Shown here in pieces: positions 49,187 to 58,400 of a stretch of DNA of 64,000 nucleotides. Origin of the DNA: Candidatus Rariloculaceae bacterium (GTDB lineage Bacteria; Pseudomonadota; Gammaproteobacteria; Steroidobacterales; Rariloculaceae); contig OZ245000.1 in the NCBI GenBank assembly GCA_965223375.1, positions 776,939 through 840,938 on the forward strand, read 5' to 3'. The notes under the pieces were generated by a model, which saw only the letters and a program-made list of their open reading frames with translations, searched no databases and was not told where the DNA came from. Position numbers and translations under genes: made by a program. Each line of letters begins with the position of its first letter. Position 1 is the first letter of the stretch.

Positions 49187-49948
49187 ATGGACGTAGACGG
49201 CAGCACGATTGCGATTACCGGGGCCGCCCAGGGGCTCGGCGCCGAGATGGCGCGCCACCTCGGCAGCCAGGGTGCCGGACTCGCACTGATCGACATCGAC
49301 GCGCGACGTCTCGACGCGCTTGCCGGCGAACTCGGCCTGCCGGCAGACCGGGTGCGCACCTATGAATGCAACGTCGCCGACGAAACGCAGACGGAAGCGA
49401 CCTATGACCGGATTGCCGGCGATTTTGGCGCGCTCGACGTGTCGATCGCGAACGCGGGTATTCTGCGCGACGGCCTGCTGATCAAGGCCCGCGACGGGCA
49501 ACTGTCCGGCAAGCTGTCGCTCACCGACTGGCAGGCCGTGATCGACGTCAACCTGACCGGGGTCTTCCTCTGCGGCCGCGAGGCAGCGGCACAGATGGCG
49601 AATCTCGGCCGGCCCGGCCTGATCATCAATATTTCGAGCATCTCGCGGCACGGCAACTTCGGCCAGACGAACTACTCGGCAGCGAAGGCCGGTGTCGCGG
49701 CAATGACCGTCGTCTGGGCCAAAGAGCTGGCGCGGACGCGGATCCGCTGCAATGCCATCGCACCCGGTTTCGTTGCAACCGAGATCCTCAGCAGCATGAA
49801 GCCTGAGGTGCTCGAGAAGGTGACAGCGGGAATTCCGGCCGGTCGTCTCGGCGCACCGGCGGAGGTCGCCGCGACCGCGCGGTTTCTGATCGAGAACGAC
49901 TACGTGAACGGTCGCATCATCGAAGTCGACGGCGGCCTGAGGATCTAG
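49187..49948 (+). CDS. SDR-family oxidoreductase (FabG-like)
   Basis: ITGAAQGLG (TGxxxGxG), NAG, and S...YSAAK catalytic motif. Confidence 0.85.
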   Translation: MDVDGSTIAITGAAQGLGAEMARHLGSQGAGLALIDIDARRLDALAGELGLPADRVRTYECNVADETQTEATYDRIAGDFGALDVSIANAGILRDGLLIKARDGQLSGKLSLTDWQAVIDVNLTGVFLCGREAAAQMANLGRPGLIINISSISRHGNFGQTNYSAAKAGVAAMTVVWAKELARTRIRCNAIAPGFVATEILSSMKPEVLEKVTAGIPAGRLGAPAEVAATARFLIENDYVNGRIIEVDGGLRI

Positions 49949-49979
49949 CCCGGAATCCCGGCGATTGCGGCGGCTCTCG

Positions 49980-50012
49980 CCGGCCCGAAATCGGTGAGAT
50001 CATTCGGGCCGG
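49980..50012. terminator. hairpin downstream of the SDR gene (contains the ATCTCACCGATT-family core)
   Basis: 10-bp stem CGGCCCGAA.. / ..TTCGGGCCGG (49980-49989 pairs with 50003-50012) with a 13-nt loop carrying the AATCGGTGAGAT core (49989-50000), which begins at the last stem base. It lies 32 nt after the stop. A weak T-run (CTTTTGT) follows 12 nt later. Confidence 0.35.
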
Positions 50013-50126
50013 AACCACATCAGCTTTTGTCAAAACCGCAGCGTTTTGTGATCTGCGTCGCGGGCACCCGCACGCGTCTGTGCCACGATTCCGGCCACTG
50101 AGCCCAGGCCTAGGAGCTTGCCGATC

Positions 50127-50738
50127 ATGAAGCGTTTTCTTCCGCTCGCCATCCTGCTACCAGCACCGCTGCTTGCCCAGGAATCCCCGGAAACGAGCTA
50201 CAACTGGTTCGATATCAACTACCTGGGCACGAGCTGGGACATCGGTCCGGCCGATGTCGACGGCAACGGTTACATCGGCCGCTTCTCCGTCGAGTTGCGA
50301 GAGCACCTGTTTCTGACCGGCGAATACGCTGCCTGGGACCTCGACAGCGCAGCCTCGGGCTCGACCAGCACCTCGATAGGCATCGGGTCCAACTGGGATC
50401 TGAAGCCGAAGTGGAGCGTGTTCGGCGTCGCCGGCGTGCGGTCGCTGGACCTCGACATCGGGCTCGGCAACGTCGAGGAGGAGACCGGCTACCTGGCCGG
50501 CGGCGTACGTTGGCAGGTCGCCGACGGCTTCGAGCTCCGATTCATGGGCGACTATGCCGATCTCTCGCCTGCGCGCAGCGGCGAATCGTCGATTACCGTC
50601 GGCGGCGACATCTACCTGACCGACGTCGTTACGCTGTCGATCGAGTTGAACGAGAACGACGACGAGACGACGACGATGCTGTTCGGCTTCCGGTTCTACC
50701 ACGACCGCGAGTCGAGCAATCTGCGCCAGCGGCGCTGA
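50127..50738 (+). CDS. small outer-membrane beta-barrel protein (porin-family-like)
   Basis: ATG 50127 is preceded by AGGAG (50112-50116). Signal peptide MKRFLPLAILLPAPLLAQE, alternating beta-strand pattern, and an aromatic motif near the end (FGFRFY). Confidence 0.6.
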   Translation: MKRFLPLAILLPAPLLAQESPETSYNWFDINYLGTSWDIGPADVDGNGYIGRFSVELREHLFLTGEYAAWDLDSAASGSTSTSIGIGSNWDLKPKWSVFGVAGVRSLDLDIGLGNVEEETGYLAGGVRWQVADGFELRFMGDYADLSPARSGESSITVGGDIYLTDVVTLSIELNENDDETTTMLFGFRFYHDRESSNLRQRR

Positions 50739-50924
50739 GTCCGGACCGCCGGGCCGCCCGGTCACGGACCCCGCTGAGCCACCGTCCGCCTCAGGAAGGA
50801 ACTGGCGGACCGACGCCAAGCCCCCGGAAAAGAGAACGCCGCGACCGGGAGGCCGCGGCATCCAGTTCGGGATCGTCACACGCGGGTTGGGGGAACACCG
50901 CCGTGCGCGTATCCTCACTCGGGA

Positions 50925-52190
50925 TCAGGTATCTCCGGCTGTGCCGAACTCGGGATAGGCCTCGAGCCCGCATTCGCCGATATCGACGCCTTCGTACTCT
51001 TCCTGCTCCGACACCCGAATGCCGGCGATCATCTTTATGACGAGCCAGACGACGAAGCTCGTGATGAACACCCACAGGAATATCGTGACGATACCGAGCA
51101 GCTGAGCCGAGAGGCTCGCCTCCTCGTTCGTCAGCGGTACGGCCAGCAGGCCCCAGATACCGACGACGCCGTGCACGGAAATTGCGCCGACCGGATCGTC
51201 GATCCTGAACAGCCGATCCATGAACACGATCGACGGGACGACAATAAGGCCACCGATACCGCCGATCAGTGTCGCCACGAGCGGCGCGGGGGTGAGCGGC
51301 TCGGCAGTGATGGCGACGAGTCCGGCGAGCGCGCCGTTCAGGGCCATCGTCAGATCGGCCTTGCCGAACCAGGCTCTGGCAACGAGCAGCGCGACAACGA
51401 GCCCGCCGGCAGCGGCCATGTTCGTATTGACGAAGACGAGCGCAACCGCATTCGCCTCGCCGACGTTCGACACCATCAGCTCCGAACCGCCATTGAAGCC
51501 GAACCAGCCGAGCCACAAAATCAGCGTACCCAGTGCCGAAAGCGGCAGGTTGGAGCCAGGGATCGCCCGGACGGAACCGTCGGGTCCGTACTTGCCCTTG
51601 CGCGCGCCGAGCAGCAGAACACCGGCCAGTGCCGCCGCGGCACCGCACATATGGACGATGCCGGAACCTGCGAAATCGCTGAAACCCGCCGCGTCCAGAA
51701 AACCGCCGCCCCATTTCCAGGAGCCCTGAATCGGGTAGATGAACCCGGTCAGAACGACCGCAAAGATGAAGAACGACCAGAGCTTCATGCGCTCGGCTAC
51801 GGCACCGGAAACGATCGACATCGCCGTCGCTACGAAAACCACCTGGAAGAAAAAGTCCGACAGATTCGAGTAGTACGGTGCGCCATCGCCACCGGCGATG
51901 ACAGCGGCTGCTTCGTTGTCGGCTTTGCCGAGCGTCGCGAAGGCGCCGAGTATGCCGTCTATCGACCAGCCATCACCGGGATACATCAGGTTGTACCCGA
52001 CCAGCATGTACATGATGCAGGCGATCGAATAGAGCCCGACGTTCTTGGTCAGAATCTCGGCGGTGTTCTTGGCGCGGACGAGCCCTGCCTCGAGCATCGT
52101 GAAACCGGCCGCCATCCACATGACGAGGGCGCCGCAGACGAGGAAGTAGAACGTATCCAGCGCGTAGGCCAGTTCCAATACGCTATCCAT
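50925..52190 (-). CDS. amtB: ammonium transporter
   Basis: Amt family signature regions (FLVCGALVMWMAAGFTMLEAGLVRAKN, DFAGSGIVHM, GVHGVVGIWG). Confidence 0.9.
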   Translation of the reverse strand: MDSVLELAYALDTFYFLVCGALVMWMAAGFTMLEAGLVRAKNTAEILTKNVGLYSIACIMYMLVGYNLMYPGDGWSIDGILGAFATLGKADNEAAAVIAGGDGAPYYSNLSDFFFQVVFVATAMSIVSGAVAERMKLWSFFIFAVVLTGFIYPIQGSWKWGGGFLDAAGFSDFAGSGIVHMCGAAAALAGVLLLGARKGKYGPDGSVRAIPGSNLPLSALGTLILWLGWFGFNGGSELMVSNVGEANAVALVFVNTNMAAAGGLVVALLVARAWFGKADLTMALNGALAGLVAITAEPLTPAPLVATLIGGIGGLIVVPSIVFMDRLFRIDDPVGAISVHGVVGIWGLLAVPLTNEEASLSAQLLGIVTIFLWVFITSFVVWLVIKMIAGIRVSEQEEYEGVDIGECGLEAYPEFGTAGDT

Positions 52191-52219
52191 TACTTAGTCT
52201 CCAAACTTTATTGATGTCT

Positions 52220-52684
<465 letters not shown>

Positions 52685-52836
52685 TTAAGAGGATTTTCGA
52701 GGAATCCACATGAATTGTGCCGCCCCGCGATGGTGCCCGGGACGCACTAATAGCGGGCAGCGCTGCCGCGGCAGCTCCGCTTCGGTGCGATCTGGTTGGA
52801 ACGCGTCGGGAGACGCGTGGGTCGGAAACGCCGAGG

Positions 52837-53352
52837 TCAGAGATGCGGTGCGATTGCTGCCTCGAACTCTTCGTACGGCTTGCCGCCTGTGATCGTTTCG
52901 ACCAGCTGCCCGTCACGGTCGAGCAGGAAGCTCGTGGGCAGAATGCCGCTCCAGTTCGGTTCCAGCATAGCGATCAGCTCGTACCAGTCCGGTGACGTGT
53001 TGTGCCAGGTACGAAGTGTCGGAAACCATTTGTCCCGAAACTCGCGAATCATCGGCTCAGCATCGGCATCATCGAGAGAAATCGCAATCAGGCTGAAGCC
53101 ACGCTCGGCCAGGTCTTCCTCGAGCTCCAGCAGCTCCGGAATCTCACGCAGGCAGGGCGCGCACCAGGTCGCCCACAGATTGACCAGGGTTACCTGACCG
53201 CGGTGGGTCTCGATCAGCGCCTCGAAGTCGTCGACCGACAGCGGATCGATATCTGCCGGCGCACGCTGCGCGACGGCGGCGCCCGAGGTGAGCACCAGGC
53301 AGGTGATGACGGCCGCCATATGATCGAACAGGCGCATTGGCAATGGCTTCAT
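52837..53352 (-). CDS. TlpA-family periplasmic thiol:disulfide oxidoreductase
   Basis: Signal/anchor sequence plus LVNLWATWCAPCLREIPEL (CxxC thioredoxin fold). Confidence 0.8.
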   Translation of the reverse strand: MKPLPMRLFDHMAAVITCLVLTSGAAVAQRAPADIDPLSVDDFEALIETHRGQVTLVNLWATWCAPCLREIPELLELEEDLAERGFSLIAISLDDADAEPMIREFRDKWFPTLRTWHNTSPDWYELIAMLEPNWSGILPTSFLLDRDGQLVETITGGKPYEEFEAAIAPHL

Positions 53353-53380
53353 ACCGGTCTCCTCGTTCGCCTCGATCCTA

Positions 53381-53419
53381 GCCCAGAAATCTCACCGATT
53401 GCACGCGCTTTCGTCGGGC
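53381..53419. repeat. third copy of the ATCTCACCGATT-core short repeat
   Basis: GCCCAGAAATCTCACCGATTGCACGCGC... is about 90 percent identical over its first ~27 nt to the reverse complement of 8343-8383. It is intergenic, between the ferredoxin stop and the tlpA-like start. Confidence 0.5.
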
Positions 53420-53529
53420 CTGACGAGCTGTCTGGCAGGCCTGCCCCGTCCCGCCGTGCACTGCTCGACCGGCCCGGCGTGCCCGGCCTGCTCGGGCCCG
53501 GAACTCGCGCTTCGCCCGCCGGCTCTCTC

Positions 53530-53916
53530 TCAGGCCTTGGGCGCCACGGTCAGGACGATCCCGTCGAGCGCGTCGTTGAGCCGGATCTGACAACTGAGTC
53601 GTGAGCGCTCCGCGTCGTACGCGGGCTCGTCGGCCAGCATCACGGTTTCCTCGAAGCTTCGGGGCGGCACCTGCGCACCCACATCGGCGTCGAGATAGAC
53701 ATGGCAGGTGGCGCACGCGCACATGCCGCCGCAGATCGCTTCGACACCGGCCTCGACATGCCGAATGTTCTCCATCAGCGACAGCCCGACGATGCCCTCG
53801 ACCTCGATTCGCCGCCCCTCCCGGTTGACGACGACGATTGTCGGCGCGCGTTTCGCGTCGGCGTTCCCGGGCTCAGCGCCGGGCTTCGCCGTCCCTGTCG
53901 TCCCGCTGCCGCTCAA
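53530..53916 (-). CDS. 2Fe-2S ferredoxin, adrenodoxin/putidaredoxin type
   Basis: CGGMCACATCHVY plus a downstream SRLSCQI Cys. The TTG start overlaps the dioxygenase stop (TTGA). The ~25-aa N-terminal extension is uncertain. Confidence 0.8.
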   Translation of the reverse strand: MSGSGTTGTAKPGAEPGNADAKRAPTIVVVNREGRRIEVEGIVGLSLMENIRHVEAGVEAICGGMCACATCHVYLDADVGAQVPPRSFEETVMLADEPAYDAERSRLSCQIRLNDALDGIVLTVAPKA

Positions 53917-54680
53917 AACCGCCAGGCGTCCAGCGTCAGCACGCGATCGCGGCTCGTGTGTATGCGCTGCCCGGTATCGCCGTCGCCCGCCCCCATCGCA
54001 ACGAACAGCGGCAGCAGATGCTCTTCGGTCGGATGCGCGAGCCGCGCCGACGGCGCCGCGTTTCGGTAGTCGAGCAGATCGTCGACGGCGCCGGCCTCGA
54101 GCCGGTCGACGAGCCAGTCCTCGAATGCATCGAGCCAGTCCGGCGAAGCGTCCGAGCCATCGCCTCGTCTGAAGTACTCGTGGAGATTGTGCGTTGCCCC
54201 TCCTGAGCCGATCACGAGCACGCCCTCGCGACGGATCTCTCTGAGCGCGCAGCCGAGCGCATAGTGATAGTCGGGTGCGCGCCGTGTCATGACCGACAAT
54301 TCGACAACCGGGATGTCCGCGTCCGGAAACATCAGCAGCAGAGGAATCCAGGCGCCATGATCGAGCCCCCGGTCGCTGCCGACTGCGGCAAAACCTGCAT
54401 CGCGGAGCAATTCGACGGCCCGCGCCGCGACGGCCGGCGAGCCCTGGGCCGGATACTGAATCTCATATAGAGCTCGCGGGAAACCGCCGAAATCGTGAAT
54501 CGTCTCGGGCCGTTCGCCGGCCGTCACCGTGGGATCGGCCATATCGAAGTGCGCGGAGACGACGACGATCGCGGCCGGCGGCGCCAGCCGCGGCCCAAGG
54601 TCGCGAAGAAACCGTCGGACCGGCTGGTCCTCGATCGCGATCATCGGACTGCCGTGTGAGATGAAGAGACTCGGTTGCAT
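53913..54680 (-). CDS. class III extradiol ring-cleavage dioxygenase (LigB / 4,5-DOPA dioxygenase YgiD-like)
   Basis: From ATG 54680: MQPSLFISHGSPM, HFD..., DHGAW.PL, GSGGATHNL motifs. Confidence 0.8.
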   Translation of the reverse strand: MQPSLFISHGSPMIAIEDQPVRRFLRDLGPRLAPPAAIVVVSAHFDMADPTVTAGERPETIHDFGGFPRALYEIQYPAQGSPAVAARAVELLRDAGFAAVGSDRGLDHGAWIPLLLMFPDADIPVVELSVMTRRAPDYHYALGCALREIRREGVLVIGSGGATHNLHEYFRRGDGSDASPDWLDAFEDWLVDRLEAGAVDDLLDYRNAAPSARLAHPTEEHLLPLFVAMGAGDGDTGQRIHTSRDRVLTLDAWRF

Positions 54681-54789
54681 GCAGGGCCCTGCGCCTCGCG
54701 AGGCACCGATCTTACGCGGGAAATCGGCCCGACGGTAAAATGGCGCGGATGTCGAATCCGGTAATAACGTCGACAGCACGGCGGTCCCG

Positions 54790-55494
54790 GTGCGCATGAC
54801 TCAATCGCCCGTCTGGTCGCCGGCCGCACTGAAGACGCAGCTCGTGCTGATGTTCAAGGCACCGGCACGCTCGAAACGCAGAATCGCGGCCGAGGTGGGC
54901 TACCCCGCGGACGGCATCGCCGGCCTGCTGCTCGATTGCGCAGCGGAAGATCTCGCACAATGGCCGGGGCCGGCCTGCTACGCGCCGGCGAGCCCGGCTG
55001 ACGCCGCTTGGCTGCACGACTCGCACCTGCCGCACCGGCCGCTTTGGCTTCAGGGTGACGGCAATCTCGGCCAGCGGATCGAGCGCGTCGGCAACGCGCT
55101 TCGACGGGAGGAGCCGCGGCCGCAACTCTTCATCGGCATCGACTGCCCGGAGCTTACGCCCGACTACCTGAATGCCGCGGCGGTCGCGCTCGAGCACGAC
55201 GCGTTCGTTCTCGGACCTGCCGACGACGGCGGCGTCGTCGTCATGGGGACAGCTGCCGCCTGGCCGCCGCTCGACGATCTGCCATGGAGCGAACCGTCGC
55301 TCTGCAACCGGCTGCAGGCCGCGTGCCTCGCCGTCGGCCGCGGCTGTAGGTTGCTCCCGCCACTGAGCGACGTCGACTCGATCGACGATCTGGAGCGGGT
55401 CGTGCCCAGACTTTCCGGTGACGACCGTAGTAGCCGCCTGGCATTGTGCCAATTCCGCAATGACCGCGGTGGCGGCACGGTGAAACACGCGTGA
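54790..55494 (+). CDS. DUF2064-family nucleotidyl/glycosyl-transferase-like protein ('transferase 1, rSAM/selenodomain-associated' type)
   Basis: LVLMFKAPARSKRRIAAEVG, FIGIDCPELT and FVLGPADDGGVVVMG match the DUF2064 (CofC-like) pattern. The start is GTG 54790 or ATG 54796. Confidence 0.7.
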   Translation: MRMTQSPVWSPAALKTQLVLMFKAPARSKRRIAAEVGYPADGIAGLLLDCAAEDLAQWPGPACYAPASPADAAWLHDSHLPHRPLWLQGDGNLGQRIERVGNALRREEPRPQLFIGIDCPELTPDYLNAAAVALEHDAFVLGPADDGGVVVMGTAAAWPPLDDLPWSEPSLCNRLQAACLAVGRGCRLLPPLSDVDSIDDLERVVPRLSGDDRSSRLALCQFRNDRGGGTVKHA

Positions 55495-56240
55495 GCAGAC
55501 ATCTGAAACCGCTGAGCTTGGTTATCGCACTCGCGGCCCTTGCCACCGCCGTCTACGTGCTGCCGGTCGGCGACCTGCTGACGACTGCGCTCGAATGGAT
55601 CGAGTCGAACCGAACCGTTGCATGGGCGGTTTACATACTCGGGTACATCGTCGCGACCGTGCTGCTGATCCCGGGCTCGATCATCACAGTGGCGGCGGGC
55701 TTCATTTTCGGACTGCCACTCGGCGTGGCGGTCGTCTCGGCAGGCAGCGTCCTCGGCGCTACGGCCGCATTCCTGCTCGGACGCAGCCTTGTCCGTGCCT
55801 GGGTCGAGGAGCGGATCAGACACCTGCCACGCTTCGGTGCGCTGGACAATGCGACACGAACGAGCGGTTTCTCCGTTGTGCTGCTCGCGCGTCTGTCACC
55901 GCTCTTTCCGTTCAACCTGCTGAATTACGGTCTCGGATTGACGGGCGTCAGCCTGCGCGACTTCTTTTTCGCTTCGTGGATAGGAATGCTGCCGGGGACG
56001 ATTCTCTACGTCTATATTGGCACGCTCGCGAACGATCTCGCATTCATCGCGACCGGCGACTTCGACGCGGGACCGGCCGGCACGGTGCTTCTCAGCGCCG
56101 GTCTGATCGCGACGGCCGTGCTGACGATACTGCTGACCCGCAAGGCGACGCGCTTGCTGAACACGCGGCTCGAGGGAGCCGGAGACGACACCGACACCGA
56201 CGCCGACACTGACGCCGCGGCCGGGGAAGCAGATGCCTGA
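55491..56240 (+). CDS. TVP38/TMEM64 (DedA-related, SNARE-associated) membrane protein
   Basis: Motifs LIPGSIITVAAGFIFG and RLSPLFPFNLLNYGLGLT. GTGA overlap with the upstream stop. Acidic (D-T/D-A) C-terminal tail. Confidence 0.85.
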   Translation: MSRHLKPLSLVIALAALATAVYVLPVGDLLTTALEWIESNRTVAWAVYILGYIVATVLLIPGSIITVAAGFIFGLPLGVAVVSAGSVLGATAAFLLGRSLVRAWVEERIRHLPRFGALDNATRTSGFSVVLLARLSPLFPFNLLNYGLGLTGVSLRDFFFASWIGMLPGTILYVYIGTLANDLAFIATGDFDAGPAGTVLLSAGLIATAVLTILLTRKATRLLNTRLEGAGDDTDTDADTDAAAGEADA

Positions 56241-57684
56241 AGCACAGCACCCGGCGGACGACTTCGATCGCAAGTGGACGACGCTCGTCGCGCCACCGGA
56301 CTACGTCAACCCCACGCCGCAGGACCGCTACCATCTGGTCGTCATCGGCGCGGGCCCGGCCGGGCTGGTCACCGCAATCGCGGCCGCGGGGCTGGGTGCG
56401 CGCGTAGCGCTGATCGAACGCCACCGCATGGGCGGCGATTGCCTGAACGTCGGCTGCGTGCCATCGAAGGCTCTGCTCGAGGCCTCGCGACAACCCGGCT
56501 CGGATTTCCACTCGGCATTCTCGAGCATGCGCGAAGTGCGCGCAGGCATTGCTGCACACGACTCGGTAGAGCGCTACACGCAGGCAGGTGTCGACGTATT
56601 TCTCGGGCACGCCCGCTTCACAGACAGCCGAACGGTGACGGTCGACGACATCGTCCTGCGCGCCCGCCGCGTGGTCATCGCGACAGGCGCACGCGCAGCG
56701 CTGCCGCCAATTCCGGGGCTGCAGTCGATTCAGCCGCTGACCAACGAATCGATATTCGCGCTCGCCGAAAAACCCGCAAGGCTCGCAATCCTCGGCGCCG
56801 GTCCGATCGGCTGCGAGCTCGCCGAGGCCTTTGCGCGGCTCGGCGTCGAAGTCCGAATTTTCGAGGCAGCCGATCGGATACTGATTCGTGAGTCAGCCAG
56901 AGCCGCTGATGTGATCCGGCAATCGCTGGAATCGCTCGGCGTCGACATCAGGCTTGGCGCGAAGATCGACAGCGTCGAGAGACGCGGCAACCAGGTGGCG
57001 TTGGTCTCCGGTGACCGTACGGAAACCGCAGATCGCCTGCTCGTTGCAGCCGGCCGCACCGCGAACACTGATGACCTTAATCTGGCCGCTGTCGAGGTCC
57101 GGACGAACGATCGCGGACTGATCGTGGTCGACTCGAAGCTCAGAACGAGCAACCCGCGAATCTTCGCGGCGGGCGACGTCTGCACTGCCCTGCAGTTCAC
57201 TCACCACGCGGACGCCCACGCGCGGGCCGTGGTCCAGAACGCGCTGTTTCTGCCGACCGCGCGTGTCGATTCTCTGATTGTGCCGCGCTGCGTCTACACG
57301 CACCCGGAGCTTGCTCAGGTGGGCGCAACGCGCGAGGAGCTGGAGGCTTCCGCCGCCGCGTTCGATACGTACACGGTCGACTATGCGGACGTCGACCGGG
57401 GCCGCGCGGAATACGACCGGTCCGGATTCGTGGAGATTCTGACGCGCCGCGGCAAGTCCGAGATTCTGGGCGCCACGATCGTGGGCCACGACGCCGGCGA
57501 GCAGATCGCCCCGGTCTGCGTCGCGATGGCAAACGGACAAGGAATCGATGCGTTCGGCAAGACGCTGTTGCCTTACCCCACGAGGGCCGAGACGCTGAAG
57601 CGCATCGCCGACCAGTACAGCCGCGGCCGGCTCACGCCGACCGTAAAATCGCTGTTCGACACGTTCTTCCGGTGGACGCGGTGA
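56233..57684 (+). CDS. FAD-dependent pyridine nucleotide-disulfide oxidoreductase (dihydrolipoamide dehydrogenase / MerA-core-like)
   Basis: VVIGAGPAGLV, redox-active GGDCLNVGCVPSK, a second dinucleotide fold ILGAGPIGCELA, and a C-terminal dimerisation domain with HPELAQ. No NmerA domain and no C-terminal Cys pair. Confidence 0.85.
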   Translation: MPEAQHPADDFDRKWTTLVAPPDYVNPTPQDRYHLVVIGAGPAGLVTAIAAAGLGARVALIERHRMGGDCLNVGCVPSKALLEASRQPGSDFHSAFSSMREVRAGIAAHDSVERYTQAGVDVFLGHARFTDSRTVTVDDIVLRARRVVIATGARAALPPIPGLQSIQPLTNESIFALAEKPARLAILGAGPIGCELAEAFARLGVEVRIFEAADRILIRESARAADVIRQSLESLGVDIRLGAKIDSVERRGNQVALVSGDRTETADRLLVAAGRTANTDDLNLAAVEVRTNDRGLIVVDSKLRTSNPRIFAAGDVCTALQFTHHADAHARAVVQNALFLPTARVDSLIVPRCVYTHPELAQVGATREELEASAAAFDTYTVDYADVDRGRAEYDRSGFVEILTRRGKSEILGATIVGHDAGEQIAPVCVAMANGQGIDAFGKTLLPYPTRAETLKRIADQYSRGRLTPTVKSLFDTFFRWTR

Positions 57685-57692
57685 GCAGCCGC

Positions 57693-58400
57693 ATGACAAC
57701 TGCGGTCGTCATCCCAGTCTACCGCGATCACGCCGCGCTGGCGAGTCTGCTGGCCCGCATCGACGCCTGGACGATACGGCCGGACGAAATCGTCGTCGTT
57801 GCAGCCGACCTGGACCCGACGGCCGCCGCCGCGTTCGTTGCCCGCGGCGTACGCGTGCTGCACGGGCGAGCAAACCGCGGGGCGCAGCTCGATGCCGGCG
57901 CGCGGGCGGCGAGCAGCGAAGTGCTCTGCTTCCTCCATGCCGATTCGCAGCCACATCCCGATGCACTCGGAGCGATTGCTGCGGCCGTGGCGGCGGGCGC
58001 CGAATCCGGCTGTTTCCGGTTCCGCTTCGCCGGTGAGCGCGGGCTCCCCCAGGTGCTGCTCGAGGCGCTGATCCGGTTACGCATCGGCCTCGGCGGCATG
58101 GCCTACGGCGACCAGGGCGTCTTCGCAACGCGAGACGCGTACCACGAGACGGGCGGCTTTGCGCACACGCCGCTGTTCGAGGAAGCGCCCCTCCTCCGAG
58201 AGCTCCGGCGGCGCGGCACATTCGTGGCCCTGGACCTGCCGCTGCTGGTCTCGCCACGGCGGTGGCAGCGCGACGGCTGGTGGCGGCGTACACTGCACAA
58301 TCGCTGGCTCGCAACGTGCTACATGCTCGGGGTATCGCCCGAGAAACTGGCCAGACGCTATCGTCCGCAGCCCGCGCCGACGCTGGAGACGAAAAGATGA
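57693..58400 (+). CDS. family-2 glycosyltransferase ('transferase 2, rSAM/selenodomain-associated' type)
   Basis: VVIPVYRD..., NRGAQLDAGA, LCFLHADS, AYGDQGVF, GGF...PLFEE and SPRRW match my recollection of TIGR04283. Starts at GTG 57672 or 57681 are also possible. The stop overlaps the rSAM ATG (ATGA). Confidence 0.7.
   Translation: MTTAVVIPVYRDHAALASLLARIDAWTIRPDEIVVVAADLDPTAAAAFVARGVRVLHGRANRGAQLDAGARAASSEVLCFLHADSQPHPDALGAIAAAVAAGAESGCFRFRFAGERGLPQVLLEALIRLRIGLGGMAYGDQGVFATRDAYHETGGFAHTPLFEEAPLLRELRRRGTFVALDLPLLVSPRRWQRDGWWRRTLHNRWLATCYMLGVSPEKLARRYRPQPAPTLETKR

Noticed and set aside
48635-49651. 338-aa ORF on the minus strand opposite the SDR gene.
   Set aside because: Only the C-terminal 129 codons (from ATG 49024) look like a real 4-TM MerC-like protein. 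The upstream part is antisense to the well-supported SDR gene and the intergenic region.
56233-57684. The MerA-like flavoenzyme plus the MerC-like membrane protein (48635-49024) considered as a mercury-resistance (mer) operon.
   Set aside because: The two genes are ~7 kb apart in different transcription units. There are no merR/merT/merP genes. The flavoenzyme lacks the NmerA domain and the C-terminal Cys-Cys pair of true MerA.
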